The notes below the pieces were generated by a model. That model was not told the DNA's origin. It saw only the letters and a program-made list of their open reading frames with translations, and ran no database searches. A stretch of DNA of 32,000 nt. Source: Candidatus Saccharimonadota bacterium. Lineage in GTDB: Bacteria > Patescibacteriota > Saccharimonadia > Saccharimonadales > UBA4665. A program made the position numbers and the translations under genes. The stretch lies in the NCBI GenBank assembly GCA_016699955.1, contig CP064993.1:1020001-1052000 (forward strand). The letters run 5' to 3'. Below are positions 24,261 through 32,000 of this stretch, in pieces (position 1 is the stretch's first letter; every line of letters starts with the position of its first letter).

Positions 24261-27200
24261 CTACTGCAGCTTTACATTATCGGCACCAACGAGCTCGGAC
24301 AAATCCGCAATAATTGCTTCGTTTGCTTGAATTTGAGCCGGTAACTTGACTGCCTGCTTCCCACTATCGGGGCCAAGCACAAGCACGACTTCATGTTCAC
24401 CGACAGTGCGATCAACTATAGCCTTTAGCCGTGATAGTAACGCCGTATCGTCACTGTTTTTTAGACGGATATACAGCCTTGGGGGTTTAGATGAAGACTC
24501 GGCTGCAGCGGTTCTCGCCTTATGTACAGTTTTTTTTGCAGCCTTTGACGGTTTTGGGAGCCGAGCTTTGCGCCCAGTTGTTTGGTAAGCAACTGCTTGT
24601 TCGTGTGTGATTTCACGTGCATCGTCAACCATAATTTTTACCTCGTCACCGGGCTGACCATCTCGCCCTTTAATGCTTATTTTGCCACGAATGAGCACCA
24701 CCCTGTCTCTTTCCCACAGGCCGACGGTTTGTTGATAGGCCGACGGAAAAAGAACGGCTTCAATCTCGCCAAATTCGTCCTGAACTTTTACGAACGCCAT
24801 TTTTTGGCCATTTTTTGTCGTTATTTCCCGTGCTTCAGCAATGCTGCCACCGACGACAACGGCTCGACCATCATGTTCGGGCTTTAAAATATTGAGTGGT
24901 GTTGTTTGCTCTGCAAGAAGCGCACTAAAAGCCTGGAGTGGTTGCTGGCTCAGGTACAGACCGAGTAGCTCTCGTTCCCACAGTAGCATGTCTCGCTGAG
25001 TGTGTTTTAGCTCTGGTGCTTCCAACTTAAGGGTAGGTTTGGCAGTAATGACATCGTTGGCTAGACTACCAAATAAGTCAGTCTGACCACTTGCCTTTTC
25101 CTTTTGCAGGCGCTGGCCAAATGCAAGGATGAGGTCTAAATTATGCAGTAGCGTGGAACGGTCAAAAAACAAATCAAATGCACCTGACCGCGCAAGACTT
25201 TCCAGTGCTTTTCGGTTAACCGTCCGCAGGTTCACAGCTGACACAAAATCTTCGATGCTACTAAATGGACCCGCCTCACGGGCGCGCACTATTTCTTCGA
25301 CCGCGCTGGTGCCCACATTTTTTATTGCATTCATACCAAAGCGAATAGCATGTTTTTCTTTTACGACCGCAAACTCGCCAAAAGACTCATTTACATCTGG
25401 TGGTAGCACCGCAAGACCCATTTTTTTACATTCGGCAATTTCTATGGCGAGCCGGTCGGTGTCATCAAAATCACTGGTCATGAGCGCAGCCATATAGGCG
25501 GCGGGATAATGTGCTTTTAGGTAGGCCGTTTGGTATGCAATCAGCCCATAGCACGCCGCGTGAGATTTATTGAAACAATACGCGGCAAAATCTTCTAACT
25601 GTTTCCAGAAGGCTTCCATAAGTCCACGCTCTGCTCCAACCGTCGTAACCGCACCCTCGATAAATTCGGCCTTCATTTTGGCCATCATCTGCGGATTTTT
25701 TTTGCCAATTGCTTTGCGGAGTGTGTCGGCCTGACCACCGGTAAAACCACACATATCCTTACTAATCTGCATGACTTGTTCTTGCATAACAATAACGCCG
25801 TAGGTGCTTTCGAGAGCAGATTTCATGGCAGGATGAACGTACGTAATCCGTTTTTTACCGTGTTTGCGGGCAATAAAATCTTCTATCCACTGCATCGGAC
25901 CCGGTCGATACAGAGCAACCATAGAGATTATGTCTTCAAACTTGGTTGGTTGTAGCTCTTTTAAGTACCGCTTCATGCCAGCAGATTCCAGTTGGAAAAC
26001 GCCGGTGGTATCGCCCCGGCTTAACAGCTCGTAGGTTTTTGTGTCGTCGAGAGGAATTGTGTTGATGTCGATATCAACCCCGTATACTTTTTTGGTAATA
26101 CGAAGTGCATTTTTAATGATTGTTAAGTTACTGAGTCCAAGAAAATCCATTTTGAGTAGCCCTAGCTCTTCTATTGGCCCCATCGGATACTGCGTCGAGA
26201 TAACACCCTTTTGCGCCATTTCTAGAGGAACAAATTTGACGATATCATCGGGCGCAATGACGACACCAGCGGCATGAACACCGTGGCTACGAACTGTGCT
26301 TTCAAGCGTGATAGCGTAATCTATGACAGTTTTGCTCGTTTCATTTGTCTGATACTCGCGCTTAAGGTCAACATCGTCGATGATAGAAGTAGCTAGCGGT
26401 ATATGCCTGCCCTGTACGGGCTGCGGGATCATCTTAGCAAGACGATCTGCGTCCCCGTACGGCACTTGCAACACTCGCGCCACATCACGCACAGCGTTGC
26501 GAGCAAACATCCGTCCAAATGTCACAATATTTGCCACCCGATTTTTACCGTACTTTTCGACGCAGTATTGAATAACCTCGTCGCGGCGAGTGTCCTGTAT
26601 GTCTATGTCGACGTCCGGCATGGAAACGCGATCAGGGTTCAAAAATCTTTCAAACAGGAGATCATACGCCAACGGGTCTAGCTCAGTTATTTTTAGTGCG
26701 TAGGAAATGATTGAACCAGCTGCGCTGCCCCGACCTGGCCCAAACACAATTCCCTGTTTTTTGCCCCAGTTGATAAAATCTTGAATAATGAGAAAGTAGC
26801 CGTCGAATCCCATTTTTTCGATAATTCCCAGCTCGTAATTAGCTCGGTCAATGACTGCTACAGGCAGGTGCTTTTGCGCTTCTGCCACCGACATTTTTTC
26901 GGCGTCAAGTTCCGGTATGCCGCCGTACCGCCAAGCCATGCCTCGAAACGCAAGTTTATCGAGATACGTTTTTTCTGTCTCACCACTTGGCACGGGAAAC
27001 TTTGGAATAAGGATTTTCCCAAGGTCAATGTTGACATGGCAACGCTCAGCAATCACTTTTGTGTTTGAAATGACTTCGGGATGGTCAACACCCCAGCGCT
27101 TAACAAGCTGGTCTGGCGGTATAACGTGCAGGTCATAGTCCTTAAGTGACATGCGCTTTTCGTCTGCCAGAAAGGCACCCGTGCCGACGCAGAGCAAAAT

Positions 27201-27941
27201 TTCGTGAGCAGCCTGGTCTGTGTGTTTAAGATAGTGAGCGTCACATGTCAGAACCACAGAAATGTTGAGTTCTTTGGCAAGTTTAAACACGCCGTCATTA
27301 ACCCGTTTTTGTTCGACGCTGTGACTCGGCGCTTCGGAGTGGCCATGATCTTGAACCTCAAGATAATATCTGTCACCGAAGACTTTTTTGTACCACGCGG
27401 CGATCTCTTTGGCAGCAGCGTAATCATCGTTTTTGAGGGCACCACCTATTTCCCCGCCCAGGCATGCACTCGTTGCTATAAGCCCCTCATTGTACTGCTC
27501 TAGCAAATCATGATCGATACGCGGAAAATAGTAAAACCCGTCAAGGTTGGCAATAGTAGACAGCCGCATAAGGTTTTGGTAACCGGTTTCATTCATAGCA
27601 AGTAACACAAGGTGATAGCGGTTTTTGTCCTTGCCCGGCTCTTTGTCGGTGTGCTTTCGCGCAGCAACGTAGGTTTCTATACCAATAATGGGCTTGATTT
27701 CCTGGGCAATGCACTCCTTATAGAACTCAATGGTGCCGCTAAGCGTACCGTGGTCGGTCATGCCAACCGCACTCATACCCTGCTCTTTAACAAAACTCAC
27801 CAGCTCCGGAATTTTTGTTAGCCCGTCGAGCAAACTATACTGCGTATGGTTATGCAAATGCACAAAATCAGCCGCAACTGTTTCCGTATTATTCTTCACG
27901 GCAAGACTTAATCCCTCCGACACTAGCTCTCCCCTTGTCAT
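24261..27941 (-). CDS. dnaE: DNA polymerase III alpha subunit
   Basis: 1226 aa. PHP domain FVHLHNHTQYSLLDG, palm catalytic PDVDIDI, OB fold near the C-terminus. Alternative start GTG 27923 is preceded by AAGGGGAG. Confidence 0.95.
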   Translation of the reverse strand: MTRGELVSEGLSLAVKNNTETVAADFVHLHNHTQYSLLDGLTKIPELVSFVKEQGMSAVGMTDHGTLSGTIEFYKECIAQEIKPIIGIETYVAARKHTDKEPGKDKNRYHLVLLAMNETGYQNLMRLSTIANLDGFYYFPRIDHDLLEQYNEGLIATSACLGGEIGGALKNDDYAAAKEIAAWYKKVFGDRYYLEVQDHGHSEAPSHSVEQKRVNDGVFKLAKELNISVVLTCDAHYLKHTDQAAHEILLCVGTGAFLADEKRMSLKDYDLHVIPPDQLVKRWGVDHPEVISNTKVIAERCHVNIDLGKILIPKFPVPSGETEKTYLDKLAFRGMAWRYGGIPELDAEKMSVAEAQKHLPVAVIDRANYELGIIEKMGFDGYFLIIQDFINWGKKQGIVFGPGRGSAAGSIISYALKITELDPLAYDLLFERFLNPDRVSMPDVDIDIQDTRRDEVIQYCVEKYGKNRVANIVTFGRMFARNAVRDVARVLQVPYGDADRLAKMIPQPVQGRHIPLATSIIDDVDLKREYQTNETSKTVIDYAITLESTVRSHGVHAAGVVIAPDDIVKFVPLEMAQKGVISTQYPMGPIEELGLLKMDFLGLSNLTIIKNALRITKKVYGVDIDINTIPLDDTKTYELLSRGDTTGVFQLESAGMKRYLKELQPTKFEDIISMVALYRPGPMQWIEDFIARKHGKKRITYVHPAMKSALESTYGVIVMQEQVMQISKDMCGFTGGQADTLRKAIGKKNPQMMAKMKAEFIEGAVTTVGAERGLMEAFWKQLEDFAAYCFNKSHAACYGLIAYQTAYLKAHYPAAYMAALMTSDFDDTDRLAIEIAECKKMGLAVLPPDVNESFGEFAVVKEKHAIRFGMNAIKNVGTSAVEEIVRAREAGPFSSIEDFVSAVNLRTVNRKALESLARSGAFDLFFDRSTLLHNLDLILAFGQRLQKEKASGQTDLFGSLANDVITAKPTLKLEAPELKHTQRDMLLWERELLGLYLSQQPLQAFSALLAEQTTPLNILKPEHDGRAVVVGGSIAEAREITTKNGQKMAFVKVQDEFGEIEAVLFPSAYQQTVGLWERDRVVLIRGKISIKGRDGQPGDEVKIMVDDAREITHEQAVAYQTTGRKARLPKPSKAAKKTVHKARTAAAESSSKPPRLYIRLKNSDDTALLSRLKAIVDRTVGEHEVVLVLGPDSGKQAVKLPAQIQANEAIIADLSELVGADNVKLQ

Positions 27942-28152
27942 TTCGAGCGGAGCCGAGACATCTATCTTAGACGATCTCTCCGCTGCGATCTAGACAACAG
28001 CAACGTTTACTCCAACTTTACTCCAAATTATAACGTAAGCACTGGCTCACCGTCAGTTTCACTTTTACAACAGAACCTACTCGGCGCGAGACTAGTAAGA
28101 ATGGCACTGGCCAACAGATCAGGAGTCGACCCTGAATAACACGTGCCGATTA

Positions 28153-28581
28153 TTATTTCTTGAGGTAGGTGCGGAGGTTTTCGACAGCTTTGGTAGCTTC
28201 GGCTATGGCTTTTTTGAGGTCTTTGTCTTCGGCTTCGCCGTCATGTAGGCTTGAAAGCATTTCACGAGCCTTGTCTTTTGCTTTCTGGCCTTTCGTGACT
28301 GCGTCGTCCAAAGATTTTTTGCTTTTACCCCGTAACTCGCTGAACTTATTACCAGCTTCTGCGATGACGTCACCAAGTTCGGTATGCAGCTTTTTTAGTT
28401 CTTTTTCGGCTGCAGTGTAAGTTTCCGATGCTTTGTCTTTTATGTCCTCTCGGGTTTCTTTGCCACTCTTTGGAGCGGTTAAAATTCCTGCGACGTACCC
28501 TGCGACGGCACTTAGCGCAGCACCGATTGCGATTTTTTTAGCTGTACTTTCACCTTCGTCACCTTTTTTAGCTGCAAACAT
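28153..28581 (-). CDS. YtxH-like small membrane-associated protein
   Basis: 142 aa. TM AIGAALSAVAGYVAGIL followed by APKSGKETREDIKDK, typical of the YtxH family, then a helical charged tail. Strong SD AAGGAGGG. Confidence 0.7.
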   Translation of the reverse strand: MFAAKKGDEGESTAKKIAIGAALSAVAGYVAGILTAPKSGKETREDIKDKASETYTAAEKELKKLHTELGDVIAEAGNKFSELRGKSKKSLDDAVTKGQKAKDKAREMLSSLHDGEAEDKDLKKAIAEATKAVENLRTYLKK

Positions 28582-28591
28582 GAAACCCTCC

Positions 28592-28834
28592 TTATTTTTT
28601 TTTCGCCTTCACAATAAATTTGATTAGCATTTTCAGGAGCCCCACCGCGCCAGCATTTTTGACAAAAGTTTGACCGATCTCCTCGACTCTATCGACCAGC
28701 GCGCCACCTTTTGTGGCCACTTCACGCAACGACTTTACAAGCCTAAACGTTATAACGACTGTGGCAATAGCAATACCGAGGAAAATTGCCAAGAAAACGC
28801 TGAGAATAATTACTAGTATTTCAAATGCATCCAT
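28592..28834 (-). CDS. Small membrane protein, DUF948-like
   Basis: Start moved to ATG 28834 (MDAFEILVIILSVFLAIFLGIAIATVVITFRLVKSLREV...). The longer track ORF (to 28957) would overlap the galU 3' end by 77 nt with non-protein-like sequence. Confidence 0.5.
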   Translation of the reverse strand: MDAFEILVIILSVFLAIFLGIAIATVVITFRLVKSLREVATKGGALVDRVEEIGQTFVKNAGAVGLLKMLIKFIVKAKKK

Positions 28835-28880
28835 ATATGTATAATACCACTTCTGCGACAAAATATACAATTTGCTTGCT

Positions 28881-29789
28881 TTAAGATTCTTTGAGCAGCT
28901 CCTCCAGATGAGCGCGAAATGCCGGGCCAAGGTCTTTGTGCCGTAAGCCAAATGCAACGACAGTCATTAGATATTCGAGTTTATCACCGGTGTCATAGCG
29001 GCGGCTATTTTGCATGAGACAGCCAAAGAACTTATGGCCATCTTTGAGCATTGGGTCTACCAAGCTGGTCGCGACATAAAACTCCTCGCCCTTGGGCAAG
29101 TTTGCCAAACCGCTATCTATGTAGTTTAAAACTGCGGGGTCAAATAGGTAGCTGCTGACGTGTGCGTAGTTGGACGGAGCAGCGGCGCGACCAGGTTTTT
29201 CAACCATAGCACTCATTTCTAGCACACCATCGCGCTTCTCCTCACCGGCAAGTATGCCGTAGCGCTCGAACTCTTTGTCGGTACTCACCCGCATACAGGT
29301 GGCAATGCTTCCACCGAGTTCATTGTAGAGCTCAATCATTTGGGTGAACGTGTTTGGTTCAGACACGACAAGGTCATCGGCATAAACAAATATAAACGGT
29401 TCGTTGCCTATAAGATGAGCGGCATTGGCTATAGGAGTTGCGTTACCATACGGACCTTTTTGGCGTATATATATAAAGTTGGCCATGTTGGCAAGGTCTT
29501 CCATTTCCGTAATGAAGTGGGCTTTTTTAGGTCCACCAGCGCGGATATTTACTAACAAATCTTCATTTGGCACATCGAAGTGATCTTCTATGGCTCGCTT
29601 GCTACTGCTGCCAACAATAATGATGTCCTTGATGCCTGCTGAAACCAAGTCCTCTACGGCATATTGAATAATGGGCTTGTCGATAAGTGGCAGCATTTCC
29701 TTAGGCATGGCCTTCGTTTGCGGCAAAAAGCGCGTGCCGAACCCAGCCGCAGCAATAACAGCCTTAGTTACTTTTTTTGGTTGTGCCAT
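28881..29789 (-). CDS. galU: UTP--glucose-1-phosphate uridylyltransferase
   Basis: 302 aa. AAGFGTRFLPQTKAMPKEMLPLIDKPIIQY nucleotide-binding N-terminus. SD GGAGGGTG. Confidence 0.9.
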   Translation of the reverse strand: MAQPKKVTKAVIAAAGFGTRFLPQTKAMPKEMLPLIDKPIIQYAVEDLVSAGIKDIIIVGSSSKRAIEDHFDVPNEDLLVNIRAGGPKKAHFITEMEDLANMANFIYIRQKGPYGNATPIANAAHLIGNEPFIFVYADDLVVSEPNTFTQMIELYNELGGSIATCMRVSTDKEFERYGILAGEEKRDGVLEMSAMVEKPGRAAAPSNYAHVSSYLFDPAVLNYIDSGLANLPKGEEFYVATSLVDPMLKDGHKFFGCLMQNSRRYDTGDKLEYLMTVVAFGLRHKDLGPAFRAHLEELLKES

Positions 29790-29820
29790 TTCACCCTCCG
29801 TTACAATTCTGTGGACGTTA

Positions 29821-31281
29821 TTATATACCTAAATGTTTTTTTATGAGTTCGGTCGCAAGTGCTGGATTTGCTTTACCTTTTGATTGTTTCATGACCTGAC
29901 CAACGAGAAACCCAATTGCTTTCATTTCGCCACGCTGAACATCGGTTGCCGCTTTAGGATTAGCCGCAACTACTTGCTGAACAATTGCACTGATCGCGCT
30001 CTCGTCACTTTCCTGTAGTAGATTTTTTGCTTCAGCTACTTTCTCGGGATTTTCCCCGTTCTTAAGAACCTCATCAAGTACTTCTTTTGCTGCCGTAGAG
30101 CTCAGTTTATTGTCTGCGACCATGTGGCTCAGTGCTATTAGGTTTTTTACCTGGGATTCATGGTTCTCCTCTGTCGGTTCAACTTCGCTTACATTATCTG
30201 GGTCGTCAGACTGCGGACGCATCAGCCAAAAAGCAACCCGTTTTGCATGCTCGGGGCCTGCTTCGTCAAATATTTCTCCGACCGTCCTGGCTGTCTTCGG
30301 ATCAGCAATAACATCCTCAATGGTGTTTTCGTCTAAGCCCATGTTTGCAAACTTATTTCGGAAGTCGCTGGGCAGATCGGGCATGAGCGCAGCAATTTGT
30401 GCGACATACTCGTCTGTAAGCACCACTGGCGGGACATCCGGGTCGGGCATGTAGCGATAGTCGTGCGCGTCTTCTTTTGAACGCTGGCTGAATGTCTTCT
30501 GTCCTGCATCATCCCAGCCACGTGTTTCTTGCACGATTGTTTTGCCTGTTTCGAGAAGTTCAATTTGCCGGTTCACCTCATATTCAACTGCCCGTTCGAT
30601 GCTGCGGAAACTATTGAGATTCTTAGTTTCGGTACGAGTCCCCAGTGTACTGTCTTTACTGACGCTGACATTGACGTCAAAGCGCATGTTGCCATAGTAC
30701 AGATTGGCGTAGCTGACATCGGCGTACCGCATTAGGAGCCATAGTTCGTGGGCATATGCTTTCGCTTCCGCAGCACTATGCATATCTGGTTCACTGACAA
30801 TCTCAAGTAGCGGCGTGCCGGCACGGTTGAGGTCTACCAAACTAAAATGGGTGCCAGCTGGATGAGTTGACTTACCGGCATCGGCTTCCAAATGAGCCCT
30901 AGTTATACCAACCCGTTTATGTTCTCCTTCTACTGTGACATCGACATATCCACCCAGTATGATTGGTTCGTCAAATTGCGTAATTTGGTAGCCCATGGGC
31001 AAGTCGGGATAAAAATAATGCTTGCGGTCAAATTTACTAAACAATTGCGGTTTGGTACCTAGAGCAAATGCCGCTCGGCTTGCTAAATCGACAGCTTTTT
31101 CATTTAAGACAGGCAGTGCGCCAGGCAAACCAAAGTCAATGTGGTTCACCAGCGTGTTTGGTGCCGCCTCACGTGCGTCGTTATCTGCACCGCTGAACAG
31201 CTTTGTCTTAGTCTTAAGCTGCACATGGCACTCAATGCCTATAGTTACGGTGTACTGCCGCCGAACGTCCTCGCTGATCAT
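29821..31281 (-). CDS. gatB: Asp/Glu-tRNA(Asn/Gln) amidotransferase subunit B
   Basis: 486 aa. IGIECHVQLKTKTKLFS, RAHLEADAGK, C-terminal YqeY-like domain. SD AAGGAG. Confidence 0.95.
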   Translation of the reverse strand: MISEDVRRQYTVTIGIECHVQLKTKTKLFSGADNDAREAAPNTLVNHIDFGLPGALPVLNEKAVDLASRAAFALGTKPQLFSKFDRKHYFYPDLPMGYQITQFDEPIILGGYVDVTVEGEHKRVGITRAHLEADAGKSTHPAGTHFSLVDLNRAGTPLLEIVSEPDMHSAAEAKAYAHELWLLMRYADVSYANLYYGNMRFDVNVSVSKDSTLGTRTETKNLNSFRSIERAVEYEVNRQIELLETGKTIVQETRGWDDAGQKTFSQRSKEDAHDYRYMPDPDVPPVVLTDEYVAQIAALMPDLPSDFRNKFANMGLDENTIEDVIADPKTARTVGEIFDEAGPEHAKRVAFWLMRPQSDDPDNVSEVEPTEENHESQVKNLIALSHMVADNKLSSTAAKEVLDEVLKNGENPEKVAEAKNLLQESDESAISAIVQQVVAANPKAATDVQRGEMKAIGFLVGQVMKQSKGKANPALATELIKKHLGI

Positions 31282-31303
31282 CTTATCTCCTTGATCATTA
31301 ACG

Positions 31304-31723
31304 TCATAGCGCTCCCAGATCTTTTAGCGCGGCTTTAATACCCAGTAAAGCGTCCTTAACGTCGCGCTCGCGAAGTTTTATGTCACTTTCGTGAACGAGT
31401 TTGTTGCGTAGCTTATGCCCGAACCATACATCATCGTTATATTTTATATCGCGCTGAGCAGCCACAAGGCGCTCGCCCATAGTTTTACCCTTGTAGCGGC
31501 TGTCTTTAAGCGCTTTGTCAAGCATTTTATCGGCGTCGATAATGGCCAGCGGCCACGTAGTTTTATCTTTAAGTAGCTGCTGTAAATCTTTCCATTTTCG
31601 CTCGTAATCTCCTTTGTTCAGTTTGTGGCGGCGCCGGGACATAACAGCCGCGGCAACAACAAGCAGCACAATTACAATGCCTGCACCGACAGCCAGTAAG
31701 CTCGAATCCATCACGTTATTCAT
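31304..31723 (-). CDS. Hypothetical single-pass membrane protein with HEPN-like RNxxxH motif, inserted between gatA and gatB
   Basis: 139 aa. TM LLAVGAGIVIVLLVVAAAVM, then an all-helical-looking domain containing GHKLRNKLVHES. SD GAAGGAG. The ATG overlaps the gatA stop (ATGA, 31720-31723). Confidence 0.65.
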   Translation of the reverse strand: MNNVMDSSLLAVGAGIVIVLLVVAAAVMSRRRHKLNKGDYERKWKDLQQLLKDKTTWPLAIIDADKMLDKALKDSRYKGKTMGERLVAAQRDIKYNDDVWFGHKLRNKLVHESDIKLRERDVKDALLGIKAALKDLGAL

Positions 31724-32000
31724 TGTATGACTCCTTCAGCAGCAGCGGCGAATTCTAACAACTCACGGTCATGCTTTTGTGCTGCAATTATTTGTAGCCC
31801 TACCGGCATCCCATCACCGACAGCGCAAGGAATACTAATTGCCGGCACGCCAACCATGCTTGGCCCAACAGTCATCATGTCTACAAGGTACATCTTAAGT
31901 GGGTCGTCCACATTGTCGCCGATTTGAAAAGCTGTGTTTGGCGCAACAGGACCAATAAGAAAATCGACATCTTTCAGAACCGCGTCAAATTCATTGATGA
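31720..32000 (-). CDS. gatA: Glutamyl-tRNA(Gln) amidotransferase subunit A, C-terminal ~93 aa (5' end beyond the window)
   Basis: The frame is open to the window edge. Hand translation: ...INEFDAVLKDVDFLIGPVAPNTAFQIGDNVDDPLKMYLVDMMTVGPSMVGVPAISIPCAVGDGMPVGLQIIAAQKHDRELLEFAAAAEGVIQ, typical of the GatA C-terminus. Confidence 0.9.
   Translation of the reverse strand, partial: INEFDAVLKDVDFLIGPVAPNTAFQIGDNVDDPLKMYLVDMMTVGPSMVGVPAISIPCAVGDGMPVGLQIIAAQKHDRELLEFAAAAEGVIQ

Noticed and set aside
28835-28957. Longer 121-aa version of the DUF948-like ORF
   Set aside because: The extra 41 codons overlap the galU 3' end and translate to non-protein-like sequence (MHLAYGTKTLARHFALIWRSCSKN...). The internal ATG at 28834 begins directly at the TM helix.
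1-32000. CRISPR arrays, IS elements, integrases, prophage genes, rRNA and tRNA genes
   Set aside because: I scanned intergenic regions and ORF translations. There are no regularly spaced repeats, no DDE or tyrosine/serine recombinase-like ORFs and no tRNA- or rRNA-like sequence. The only mobile-DNA-like footprint is the direct repeat around ORF B.

Overview
Gene-dense stretch of a bacterial chromosome (about 90 % coding, mid-range GC by eye, most genes on the minus strand). All calls come from reading translations and motifs; no database search was possible. I support 25 protein-coding genes, almost all housekeeping: recG (partial), gatD-murT (lipid II amidation), tyrS, a class A PBP, radA, clpC, nusA, pepN, rnhB, rplS, a PilB/GspE-type ATPase, a SpoU/TrmH methyltransferase, a CAP-domain envelope protein, dnaE, YtxH-like and DUF948-like small proteins, galU, gatB and gatA (partial). 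I saw no rRNA, tRNA, CRISPR array, transposase or integrase. The gene content (MurT/GatD, type IV pilus ATPase, many small orphan membrane proteins, r-protein extension) suggests a Gram-positive-type, reduced-genome lineage such as Saccharibacteria/CPR, but that is inference only. Points worth a second look: (1) the only clearly accessory patch, two unrecognisable divergent ORFs between nusA and pepN, one bracketed by a 42-bp direct repeat that duplicates the pepN -10 box, start codon and first codons; (2) a perfect CIRCE (HrcA operator) fused to the promoter of clpC rather than a groE/dnaK operon; (3) clpC split by a frameshift at an A6 run; (4) a small membrane-anchored protein with a HEPN-like RNxxxH motif wedged between gatA and gatB; (5) a recurrent -10 box placed 6-7 nt before the ATG of at least six genes, implying widespread leaderless mRNAs. 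I cannot show that any of these is a new system. The ORF A/ORF B islet is the best candidate, and its function is unknown.
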